Assembly (NCBI RefSeq): GCF_036365525.1
Contig: NC_090404.1
Span: 8,680,001 to 8,744,000, forward strand
Direction: 5' to 3'
DNA length: 64,000 nucleotides
DNA from: Heterodontus francisci
Taxonomy: Eukaryota
Made by a program: the position numbers and the translations under genes. Below are positions 41,429-52,324 of the stretch, in pieces (position 1 is the stretch's first letter; every line of letters begins with the position of its first letter). The notes under the pieces are model-generated. The model made no database searches and was not told the origin of the DNA. It saw only the letters and a list, made by a program, of their open reading frames with translations.

Positions 41429-41877
41429 CACATTGCTGCAGAGATATAGCAGATCCCGTACAAAAACCCACACTGAGAGTTCCAGTTTGCGCTCACCAGA
41501 GGGCGCGCTTGCACCGATAAACAGAAACAATAATTCAGACTCCACAGTGAGAGACACAGACAGATTCTTAAAACTGCGACAGAGCACAAAGCTCAACAAC
41601 AGGCGAGGTCCACTTGCGCAGTTATCTTAGTCTGTGACTGCAACTTGCATTTATCGTTAAAAAATGAACTTTACAAATCGAAGTCAGCGATCTTTACTCA
41701 CCTTTTATCTTTCGATGCTCTTTCCCTGCCTACTTGTTCCTGTCACACCCTGTCTCTACACTTGACCCAGTATTGTATACATTTCCTTCTTACAGTCTTC
41801 AGTTTACAAATATAAATCTTTACTAAATTTCGGTACGTTAATTCAGAACCATTCCAACCCAGATGCCCACTGATTCA

Positions 41878-43082
41878 AAGAACAAAGATCAAAGAACAGT
41901 ACAGCACAGGAACAGGCCATTCGGCCCTCCAAGCCTGCGCCGATCTTGATGCCTGCCTAAACTAAAACCTTCTGCACTTCCGGGCACCATATCCCTCTAT
42001 TCCCATCCTAATCATGTGTTTGTCAAGATGCCTCTTGAACGTCATTATCGTACCTGCTTCCACCACCTCCCCCGGCAGCAAGTTCCAGGCACTCACCACC
42101 CTCTGTGCAAAAGAACTTGCCTCGCACATTCCCTCTAAACTTTGCCCCTCGCACCTTAAACCTATATCCCCTAGTAACTGACTCCTCCACCCTGGGAAAA
42201 AGCTTCTGACTATCCACTCTGTCCATGCCGCTCATAACTTTGTAAACCTCTATCACGTCACCCCTCCACCTCCGTCGTTCCAGTGAAAATAATCCGAGTT
42301 TATCCAACCTCTCCTCATAGCTGATGCCCTCCAGACCAGGCAATATCCTGGTAAACATCTTCTGCACCCTCTCCAAAACCTCCACGTCCTTCTGGTAGTG
42401 TGGCGACCAGAATTGCACGCAATATTCCAAGTGTGGCCTAAGTAAGGTACTGTACAGCTGCAACATGACTTGCCTATTTTTATACTCTATGCCCCGACCG
42501 ATGAAGGCAAGCATGCCGTATGCCTTCTTGCCTACCTTATCCACCTGCGTTGCCACTTTCAGTGACCTGTAGACCTGTACGCCCAGATCTCTCTGCCTGT
42601 CAATACTCCTAAGGGTTCTGCCATTTACTGTATACCTCCCACCTGCATTAGATCTTCCAAAATGCATTACCTCACATTTGTCCGGATTAAACTCCATCTG
42701 CCATTTCTCCGCCCAAGTCTCCAACGATCTATATCCTGCTGTATCCTCTGACAATCCTCATCACTGTCTGCAACTCCACCAACCTTTGTGTCGTCTGCAA
42801 ACTTACTAATCAGACCAGCTACATTTTCCTCCAAATCATTTATTTATACGACAAAGAGCAAAGGTCCCAGCACTGATCCCTGCGGAACACCACTAGTCAC
42901 ATCACTCCATTCAGAAAAGCACCCTTCCACTGCTACCCTCTGTCTTCTATAACAGAGCCAGTTCTGTATCCATCTTGCCAGCTCACCTCTGATCTCGTGT
43001 GACTTCACCTTTTGTACCAGTCTGCCATGAGGGACCTTGTCAAAGGCTTTACTAAAGTCCATATAGATAACATCCACTGCCC
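41878..43082 (-). mobile_element. Truncated CR1, unit 15
   Basis: RT remnant with frameshifts. Confidence 0.95.
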
Positions 43083-43490
43083 AGATTCAGCGCTGGTTTA
43101 AACCGACTTCACTGATGATTCACTTATTATTGACTAACATAATAGTCCTGATAATCCTGTCCCGAACCTGCCTTCCTGCAATATGTAATGGATGGGAAAG
43201 TGCCGCAGCTCTTATAGAAAGGCAGAGTTGTAGTATTTTCGACAGAGACATTAATATTTAATTCCGTTCCTTACAAGTGGATATTCCACGTGACAACACT
43301 GCCTGCGGCAGCCCCGCCCACAGTTTCCGTTTGCTGCTCTCGCTCTGACCCAATTTTGTTATTGGAGGGATTGCTGCCGCGGGTCCATTCTTCTCATTGG
43401 TTGGATCAGCAGTGCAGTGGGACGGGGATCTGTATTTCTGCTCCGACAGAGAGTTTCCTGCACTGCAGAGTTACAGATTCAGGAAGTATC

Positions 43491-43990
43491 ATGGGGAACC
43501 GTCTCTCACCGCTTCTCATCTTTCTATCACTTCTCAGTAAGTATTTCCTTCCCAGTAAAAATCCATTCTCCCCCTGCTGCATTCTAGATGTTATTGTTGG
43601 TAAAATAATAGTGATGGTGATGGTGACTGTTATGTCAATCAATATGAGGAAAATTCTGATTGCTGATATTACTATTTTTCTGTTAGAATGGAGCCACCAA
43701 GACACAGTGGAACAGTCGGTTGCTGAAAGAACGGTTGAAAAGGGATCGAAAGTCACACTAACCTGCACCTTGAAAACAAGCGATTCGAACCCTTATGTGT
43801 ACTGGTACAGTCAGCGCCCCGGGCAGCCTCCACACAACATACTTCGTCTTATTGCAGGGAATGTAAACAGGAACACCGGCATCACTGTTCGGTTCTCGGC
43901 TACGTTTAATAAAACTGCCAAGATCACCGAGCTAACGGTCAGCAACACCCTGATCTCCGACAGCGCCGTGTATTTCTGTGCCATGAGCCC
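43491..43990 (+). CDS. TCR V segment copy 16
   Basis: Open L and V; CDR2 region LIAGNVN. Confidence 0.92.
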
Positions 43991-44440
43991 CACACTGCTG
44001 CAGAGATATCGCAGATCCCGGACAAAAACCCACACTGAGAGTTCCAGTTAGCGCTCACCAGAGGGCGCGCTTGCACCGATAAACAGAAACGATAATTCAG
44101 CCTCCACAGTGAGAGACACAAACAGATTCTTAAAACTGCGACAGAGCACAAACCTCAACAACAAGCGAGGTCCACTTGTGCAGTTATCTTAGTCTGTGAC
44201 TACAACTTGCATTTATCATTAAAAAAATGAACTTTACAAATCGAAGTCAGCGATCTTTACTCACCTTTTATCTTTCAATGCTCTTTCCCTGCCTACTTGT
44301 TCCTGTCACAACCTGTCTCTACACTTGACCCAGTATTGTATACATTTCCTTCTTACAGTCTTTAGTTTACAAATATAAATCTTTACTAAATTTCGGTACG
44401 TTAATTCAGAACCATTCCAACCCAGATGCCCACTGATTCA

Positions 44441-45643
44441 AAGAACAAAGATCAAAGAACAGTACAGCACAGGAACAGGCCATTCGGCCCTCCAAGCCTG
44501 CGCCGATCTTGATGCCTGCCTAAACTAAAACCTTCTGCATTTCCGGGCACCATATCCCTCTATTCCCATCCTAATCATGTATTTGTCAAGATGCCTCTTG
44601 AACGTCGCTATCGTACCTGCTTCCACCACCTCCCCTGGCAGCAGGTTCCAGGCACTCACCACCCTCTGTGTAAAGAACTTGCCTCGCACATACCCTCTAA
44701 ACTTTGCCCCTCGCACCTTAAACCTATGTCCCCTAGTAACTGACTCCTCCACCCTGGGAAAAAGCTTCTGACTATCCACTCTGTCCATGCCGCTCATAAC
44801 TTTGCCAACCTCTCTCACGTCACCCCTCCACCTCCGTCGTTCCAGTGAAAACAATCCGAGTTTATCCAACCTCTCCTCATAGCTGATGCCCTCCAGACCA
44901 GGCAATATCCTGGTAAACACCTTCTGTACCCTCTCCAAAGCCTCCACGTCCTTCTGGTAGTGTGGCGACCAGAATTGCACGCAATATTCCAAGTGTGGCC
45001 TAAGTAAGGTTCTGTACAGCTGCAACATGACTTGCCTATTTTTATACTCTATGCCCCGACCGATGAAGGCAAGCATTCCGTATGTCTTCTTGACTACCTT
45101 ATCCACCTGCGTTGCCACTTTCAGTAACCTGTAGACCTGTACGCCCAGATCTCTCTGCCTGTCAATACTCCTAAGGGTTCTGCCATTTACTGTATACTTC
45201 CCACCTGTATTAGATCTTCCAAAATGCATTACCTCACATTTGTCCGGATTAAACTCCATCTGACATTTCTCCGCCCAAGTCTCCAACCAATCTATTTCCT
45301 GCTGTATCCTCTGGCAATCCTCATCACTATCTGCAACTCCACCAACCTTTGTGTCGTCCGCAAACTTACTAATCAGAGCAGCTACATTTTCCTCCAAATC
45401 ATTTATATATACTACAAACAGCAAAGGTCCCAGCACTGATCCCTGCAGAACACCACTAGTCACATCACTCCATTCAGAAAAGCACCCTTCCACTACTACC
45501 CTGTCTTCTGTAACAGAGCCAGTCCTGTATCCATCTTGCCAGCTCACCTCTGATCCCGTGTGACTTCACCTTTTGTACCAGTCTGCCATGAGGGACCTTG
45601 TCAAAGGCTTTACTAAAGTCCATATAGATAACAACCACTGCAC
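44441..45643 (-). mobile_element. Truncated CR1, unit 16
   Basis: RT remnant; keeps VVYIND where units 1-15 have a stop. Confidence 0.95.
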
Positions 45644-45943
45644 AGATTCAGCGCTGGTTTAACCCGACTTCACTTATGATTCACTTATTATTGACTAACA
45701 TAATAGTCCTGATTATCCTGTCCCGAACCTGCCTTCCTGCAATATGTAATGGATGGGAAAGTGCCGCAGCTCTTATAGAAAGGCAGAGTTGTAGTATTTT
45801 CGACAGAGACATTATTATTTAAATCCGTTCCTTTCAAGTGGATATTCCACGTGACAACACTGCCTGGGGCAGCCCCGCCCACAGCTTCCCTTTGCTGCTG
45901 TCTCTCTGACCCGCCGTCCATACCCTGTGTTCTTGGAGAGACT

Positions 45944-46154
45944 AAAAGCAAAATACTGCAGATGCTGCAAATCTGAAATAAAAACAAATTATGCTGGAAA
46001 TACTCAGCAGGTCTGGCAGTATCTGTGGAGAGAGAAGCAGAGTTAATGTTTCAGGTTAGTGACCCTTCATCAGAACTGAAACGTTAACTCTGCTTCTCTC
46101 TCCACAGATGCTGCCCGACCTGCTGAGTATTTACAGTATTTCTTTGTTTTTATT
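45944..46154. repeat. Palindromic insertion with ~78-bp arms, probably a Penelope-type terminus
   Basis: 45977-46054 is the reverse complement of 46076-46154, 21-nt loop; TGGAGAGA on both sides; family assignment is inference. Confidence 0.75.
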
Positions 46155-46387
46155 CGTGGAGAGATTCCTGCTGTTGTTCCCTATCTGTCCCTTCTCATCC
46201 CCGGTCTCCACTTTTCCCCGATAATCCTTTAAGTTTTCCCTTTCCAGTCTTCAGTTTAACAGCATAACATCTTTATTTTGTTCAGCATATTACTTGAGAA
46301 CTGCTGCAACCCAGCTTCCTATGAAGATGATAAATGAATAAACACATCATTTCTCACAGCCTGTCCACTGAATACTTCTTAGAACAT

Positions 46388-46402
46388 CCACCAGAGGGCA
46401 GC
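46388..46402 (+). promoter_or_regulatory. CTCF-like motif
   Basis: CCACCAGAGGGCAGC. Confidence 0.75.
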
Positions 46403-46410
46403 AGATCACC

Positions 46411-46549
46411 GTGTTTCCATTCACTGACAGCCAGCTCACCACCAAGAGTCTCAGAGAACCACTCGGTACACAAGGAAGTGAAGTGAGAGCACCTGAGACG
46501 TGACAGCAGATTAACGAGGGTGGGGAATAGAACAGGTGTCTTCAAATAT
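46411..46549 (+). repeat. Orphan V-promoter copy, inverted repeat of ~47,304-47,443
   Basis: gtgtttccattcactg...aggaagtg...gtgtcttcaaatat matches the reverse complement of the intact V's promoter. Confidence 0.8.
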
Positions 46550-46765
46550 GATTCCGTGTTGGATTTCTCAGTCCGATTGGATTCTGCAGTTTGTTTTCTC
46601 GGCCGCTCCTGGAAACCGTTGGGTGACAGTTTGATCCGAGGTTAATTTGGTTTCCTCTCGGTGTGTGTTTGAGCGCCTGACAGCGCGCTGCACATTGTGG
46701 CTGCATCTGCCCGAGATTCTACACAACCGACAACAGACAGGAGCTCCCACCCACAGTCCAAAGGC

Positions 46766-46804
46766 AGTTTTTGTACAGGGGTGAGACTGCTTTCCATCAC
46801 TGTG
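46766..46804 (-). other. Canonical 23-RSS
   Basis: CACAGTG, 23 bp, ACAAAAACT on the - strand. Confidence 0.95.
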
Positions 46805-47270
46805 AGGCTGAAGGCGCAGTAATACACGGCAGAGTCAGTCAGCTGCAGCTCCGAGATGGTTAAACTGGTGAATTTAGTCGCTTTCTGGAGCTTTGCAGAG
46901 AAACGGATTTTAGCAAAATCTGCTTTATCTTCAGTACCGCCTGAGTGTTTCCACAGTATAAACTCGGGCTGTGTATCTGGGTGTTGTCGATACCAGTATA
47001 AAGAATAGCTGCTCATTGTAGTATCATAGGTACAGCTTAAAGTCACCGCTTCTCCTTCTGTCTTAACATCTGAGGGCAGGAGCTGAGTGACAGAATCTCC
47101 ATGACTCCGATCTGAAAAACAAGTTTAAACAGGAAAAGATCAGACTGACGACTGTTTAAAATTCAGATTTAAACCATGTTTGTGAAATGGGAGAAAAGAT
47201 GAAATGTGTTTAGTCCACAATTACCTGTCAGAAATGCTCCCCACACAACCCAGATGCTGAGTAGCCGCAT
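46805..47270 (-). CDS. Intact TCR V segment, TRDV-like (L 47270-47225, V 47111-46805)
   Basis: MRLLSIWVVWGAFLTDRSHG-DSVTQ...LSCTY...LYWYRQ...DSAVYYCAFS; 113-nt GT-AG intron; delta assignment is by resemblance only. Confidence 0.93.
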
Positions 47271-48450
47271 TATCGTTGTCCGCTCTGTAAAAGGGGAGTT
47301 GGATATTTGAAGACACCCGTTCGAATCCCCACCCTCAATAATCTGCTGTCGTGTCTCAGGATTCTCTCACCTCACTTCCTTGTGTCCCCAGTGGTGCTGT
47401 GAGAGCGGTAGGTGGTGAGCTGGCTGCCAGTGAATGGAAACACCCCGAGCTGGGCTACAGTCACTGTCCTTATATGGTGAATGGTTCCGCTGTTAGAGAC
47501 GTGGGGCGGGGACTGAAACCGTTGTCTGGTTATTGTAACCGGAAACATGGGATTGTTCATGGGGTTGGTTTATTCTGGCGTCAATTTTTCCTCCCAAATT
47601 TAAATATATTCACCATCAGCACACTGGTAACCGTGACTCCAGTGAGATTTCCCTCACCGATCAGTTAACTAGTGAACTAACAATGATTCTGTATTTTGCA
47701 GGAGTGATTTATAGATCTGTCATATTAGAACGATGATATCTGCTGTTACTGAACAAACAACGGAACAGACAGAAAAATAATAAACTCTCGCTGTTATTTG
47801 AACAGCGTTTCCAGCACTGTGGTTTACATTTAATATGATGTTCTCATGCTTTCTGCTGAATTCTAACACTCTTTTTGTTTTTAATTGCTAATAATATCGT
47901 CCATAATCTTCAGATTTTGTATTTGTGATAACCGAGAATTGAGGGAGCAGCGCATTGGTGCTTTTTAACAATTTGCCATTCATCGGCTGAAAGTGGGGGA
48001 GGGGTTCAAAGCCTCCAGGGTGAGCTGGAGGGCGAGTTTTCATTAACAAGAACCCAAACACCAACAGGACATGAAAAATTGTCCTTATAACATTCACACT
48101 GAATAGAAAATGGAGTTGAGAAGTAAAAGAAACAAAGTTCAGACGGTTTCGTTTTGTCTTTCCCTCCTTTAACATCGATCTCCACTAATAGTACAGCGAG
48201 CGACTTCAGAAATCAGATCTCAGGGTGTCTGTCATTGATATTTTAATATTCTTTTCTCCATCTTCCACCTACTTGTCCTGCCCCCTGGTTAGTATCAATC
48301 CTTCGATATGCGGATGCATCTCTGTGAGGATTATTGTCCCATGTAGCTTCCCAACTCATTGAGTAAAATTAATTTCAACTATTAAACGTCTTGGAGAAAT
48401 AGAAATCACCTCGCTGCCCCGGGTCTGATCCAAAAGAGATCATTGCTATC

Positions 48451-48467
48451 TGCCGCCCTCTGGTGGC
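48451..48467 (-). promoter_or_regulatory. CTCF-like motif
   Basis: GCCACCAGAGGGCGGCA on -; homolog of the motif at 1712. Confidence 0.75.
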
Positions 48468-48944
48468 TATGCTGAGAAGTGGTCAGATGGCAGTGAACAG
48501 GGTGTGAGAAATTCTGTGTTGGGCCATTGGACTGATCTGACAGCCTCCTGTTTCTAGCGGTTCTGACTTTACAAACCGAGCAGGGAAATGTATTCAATTA
48601 TGCGTAAAGAATGGTGACAGGTGATAATGAGAAGCAAGTCGACAGGGAAAGGGGAGAGAAAAACAAAAATGGAGTCAAGGCTTCACAGATTGAATAAAAA
48701 GTTCATTTTTCGTATAAATGCGCATTGTAATCACAAAGTATTATAACTATATCAGTGGACATTGGCCGTTGCTGTTGAATGTTGTGTTTTATTGCAATTT
48801 TCAGAAGGTGACTGTGACTCTCACAGAGGAGGCTGAATTCTTGCTTCTGTTTATCGGTGTGAGGGTGCCCTGTGGTGAGCTCGAACTGGATCTCTCAGTG
48901 TGGGTTTTTTGCCCGGAATCCGATTTTCCTCTGCACCACTGTCA

Positions 48945-51937
48945 GGCTCATGGCACAGAAATACACGGCGTTGTTAGAGATCAGGGCGTTGTGGATCGTT
49001 AGAACAAAGAACAAAGAACAGTACAGCACAGGAACAGGCCATTCGGCCCTCCAAGCCTGCGCCGATCTTGATGCCTGTCTAAACTAAAACCTTCTGCACT
49101 TCCGGGGCCCGTATCCCTCTATTCCCTTCCTATTCATGTATTTGTCAAGATGTCCCTTAAACGTCGCTATCGTATCTGCTTCCACCACCTCCCCTGGCAG
49201 CAAGTTCCAGGCACTCACCACCCTCTGTGTAAAGAACTTGCCTCGCACATCCCCTCTAAACTTTGCCCCTCGCACCTTAAACCTATGTCCCCTAGTAACT
49301 GACTCTTCCACCCTGGGAAAAAGCTTCTGACTATCCACTCTGTCCATGCCACTCATAACTTTGTAAACCTCTATCATGTCGCCCCTCCACCTCCTTCGTT
49401 CCAATGAAAACAATCTGAGTTTTTCCAACCTCTCCTCATAGCCGATGCCCTCCAGACCAGGCAACATCCTGGTAAACCTCTTCTGTACCCTCTCCAAAGC
49501 CTCCACGTCCTTCTTGTAGTGTGGCGACCAGAATTGCATGCAATATTCTAAGTGTGGCCTAAGTAAGGTTCTGTACAGCTGCAGCATGACTTGCCAATTT
49601 TTATACTCTATGCCCCGACCAAATAGGCAAGCATGCTGTATGCCTTCTTGACTACCTTATTCACCTGCGTTGCCACTTTCAGTGGCCTGTAGACCTGTAT
49701 GCCCAGATCTCTCTGACTGTCAATACTCCTAAGGGTTCTGCCATTTACTGTATACTTCCCACTTGTATTAGATCTTCCAAAATGCATTACCTCACATTTG
49801 TCCGGATTAAACTCCATCTGCCATTTCTCCACCCAAGTCTCCAACCGATCTATATCCTGCTGTATCCTCTGACAATCCTCATCACTATCTGCAACTCCAC
49901 CAACCTTTGTGTCATTCGCAAACTTACTAATCAGACCAGCTACATTTTCCTCCAAATCATTTATATATACTACAAAGTGCAAAGGTCCCAGCACTGATCC
50001 CTGTGGAACACCACTAGTCACATCCCTCCATTCAGAAAAACACCCATCCACTGATACCCTCTGTCTTCTATGACTGAGCCAGTTCTGTATCCATCTTGCC
50101 AGCTCACCTCTGATCCCATGTGACTTCACCTTTTGTACCAGTCTGCCATGCGGGACCTTGTCAAAGGCTTTACTGAAGTCCATATAGACAACATCCACTG
50201 CCCTTCCTTCATCAATCATCTTCGTCACTTCCTCAAAAAACTCGATCAAGTCAGTGAGACACGACCTCCCCTTCACAAAACCATGCTGTCTCTCGCTAAT
50301 AAGTTCATTTGTTTCCAAATGGGAGTAAATCCTGTCCCGAAGAATCCTCTCGAATAATTTCCCTACCACTGACATAAGGCTCACTGGCCTGTAATTTCTT
50401 GGATTATCCTTGTTACCCTTCTTAAACAAAGGAACAACATTGGCTATTCTCCATTCCTCTGGGACCTCACCTGTAGCCAATGAGGACACAAAGATTTCTG
50501 TCAAAGCCACAGCAGTTTCCTCCCTTGCCTCCCTCAGTATTCTGGGGTAGATCCCATCAGGCCCTGGGGACTTATCTACCTTAATGCTTTGCAAGACACC
50601 CAACACCTCTTCCTTTTTGATAACGACATGACCCAGACTATCTACACTCCCTTCCCCAGACTCATCATCCACCAAGTCCTTCTCTTTGGTGAATATTGAT
50701 GCAAAGTACTCATTTGGTACCTCGCCCATTTCCTCTGGCTCCATGCATAGATTCCTTCCTCTGTCCTTGAGTGGGCCAACCCTTTCCCTGGCTACACTCT
50801 TGCTCTTTATATACGTATAAAAAGCCTTGGGATTCTCCTTAATCCTGTTTGCCAATGACTTTTCATGACCCCTTTTAGCCCTCCTGACTCCTTGCTTAAG
50901 TTCCTTCCTACTGTCTTTATATTCCTCAAGGGATTCGTCTGTTCCTAGCCTTCCAGCCCTTACAAATGCTTCCTTTTTCTTTTCGACTCGGCTCACAATA
51001 TCCCGTGTTATCCAAGCTTCCCGAAACTTGCCAAACTTGTCTTTCTTCCTCACAGGAACATGCCGGTCCTGGATTCTAATCAACTGACGTTTGAAAGACT
51101 CCCACATGTCAGATGTTGATTTACCCTCAAACAGCCGCCCCCAATCTAAATTCTTCAGTTCCTGCCTAATATTGTTATAATTAGCCTTCCCCCAATTTAG
51201 CACCTTCACCCGAGGACTACTCTTATCTTTATCCACAAGTACTTTAAAACTTACGGAATTATGGTCACTGTCCCCGAAATGCTCCCCTACTGAGACTTCC
51301 ACCACCTGGCCGGGCTCATTCCCCAATTCCAGGTCCAGTACAGCCCCTTCCCCAGTTGAACTATCTACATATTCTTTCAAGAAGCCCTCCTGGATGCTTC
51401 TCACAAATTCTGCCCCATCCAAGCCCCTAGCACTAAGTGAGTCCCAGTCAATATAGGGGGAGTTAAAATCACCCATTCCCTTAGCTGGGAATTCTTGGCA
51501 GTTTTACTCAAGGTAAAAGAGAATCGGTTAGTGAAACCGGGCTTCCATTTTGTTATCCCTCCATAGAGATCAAACACGTGTTGTGGCGGCTGCCCGGCGT
51601 GCTGATTGTACCAGTCTAGAAGTGCTGGTTTTCAAGGTACTGGTTAGTGTGACATTACTTTCCTCTTCAATCATCATTTCAGGAACCGGCTGTTTCATTG
51701 TGTCTTGGTGGCTCCATTCGAAAATACAAAAGTAGTAACAGTCACAATGAGCTTCAACATCATATGGATCAATATAACCATCAAAATCACCATCACTATC
51801 ATTTCACCTGTAATAACAGCTCCACTACAACAGACAAAGTGGGTGGGATGGTGAGGAGGGAATGGGTTTTTACTGGGAAGGAAATACTTACTGAGATGTG
51901 CTGTAATAATGAGAAGTGGTGTGAGACGGTTCCACAT
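48945..51937 (-). pseudogene. TCR V pseudogene (array family) interrupted by CR1
   Basis: Leader MWNRLTPLLIITAHL; acceptor AG changed to CG; FR3 split by the insertion; NAVYFCAMS followed by heptamer GACAGTG. Confidence 0.9.
49003..51480 (-). mobile_element. CR1 LINE, 2.5 kb, 5'-truncated in the endonuclease domain
   Basis: 622-aa ORF (GDFN...SDH, RT) plus frameshifted C-terminus; TTAG on both sides; same family as the array CR1. Confidence 0.97.
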
Positions 51938-52324
51938 GATGGTCCCGGAGTCTGTAACTCTGCAACCAGAAAAGAAATGCTCTGCCGGAGCAGAAATACA
52001 GATCCCGGCCCCACTTCACTGCCGATCTAACTAATACCAAACAAGGAACAGCGGCAGCAATTTCTCCAATAAAACAGAGCCGGCAAGGCAGGTCAGAGAG
52101 GGAACAGCAAGCTGAAGCTGTGGACGGGGTTGCTGCAAACTCAAATTTGAGTTCACTCAACATTCTGTGTAACTGCTGAAAGTGCGCGGTGATGCTCACA
52201 TGAACTCGGTGTTGATGGAGTGGAAAGAGAGATGGTTGGTGTCAGAATTCTGCTGCCTGGCTGCTCCTGCTCACTGTTCAAGCGACTGGGAACAAATAAC
52301 TTGCGAGAGAAATGAAGGGACTCG

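Larger units (their letters stand above)
4886..45912 (+). repeat. Tandem array of 16 units of ~2,561 bp (V + RSS + CTCF motif + CR1) plus a partial 17th promoter
   Basis: Homologous ORF starts recur at 7431, 9993, 12553 ... 43290, with periods of 2559-2563 bp. Confidence 0.98.

Noticed and set aside
4886-45912. Ig domain paired with reverse transcriptase as a DGR- or retron-like diversifying system
   Set aside because: The RT is a 5'-truncated CR1 fragment lacking the endonuclease and N-terminal RT motifs, has an internal stop and a target-site duplication, and there is no template/variable repeat pair
4886-45912. CRISPR array
   Set aside because: Eukaryotic 2.5-kb units with no unique spacers and no cas genes
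5072-47270. NAR-TCR, IgNAR or IgH-like V identity
   Set aside because: All have their own leaders and no extra CDR1 Cys, no adjacent D-J is seen, and the framework motifs look TCR alpha/delta-like
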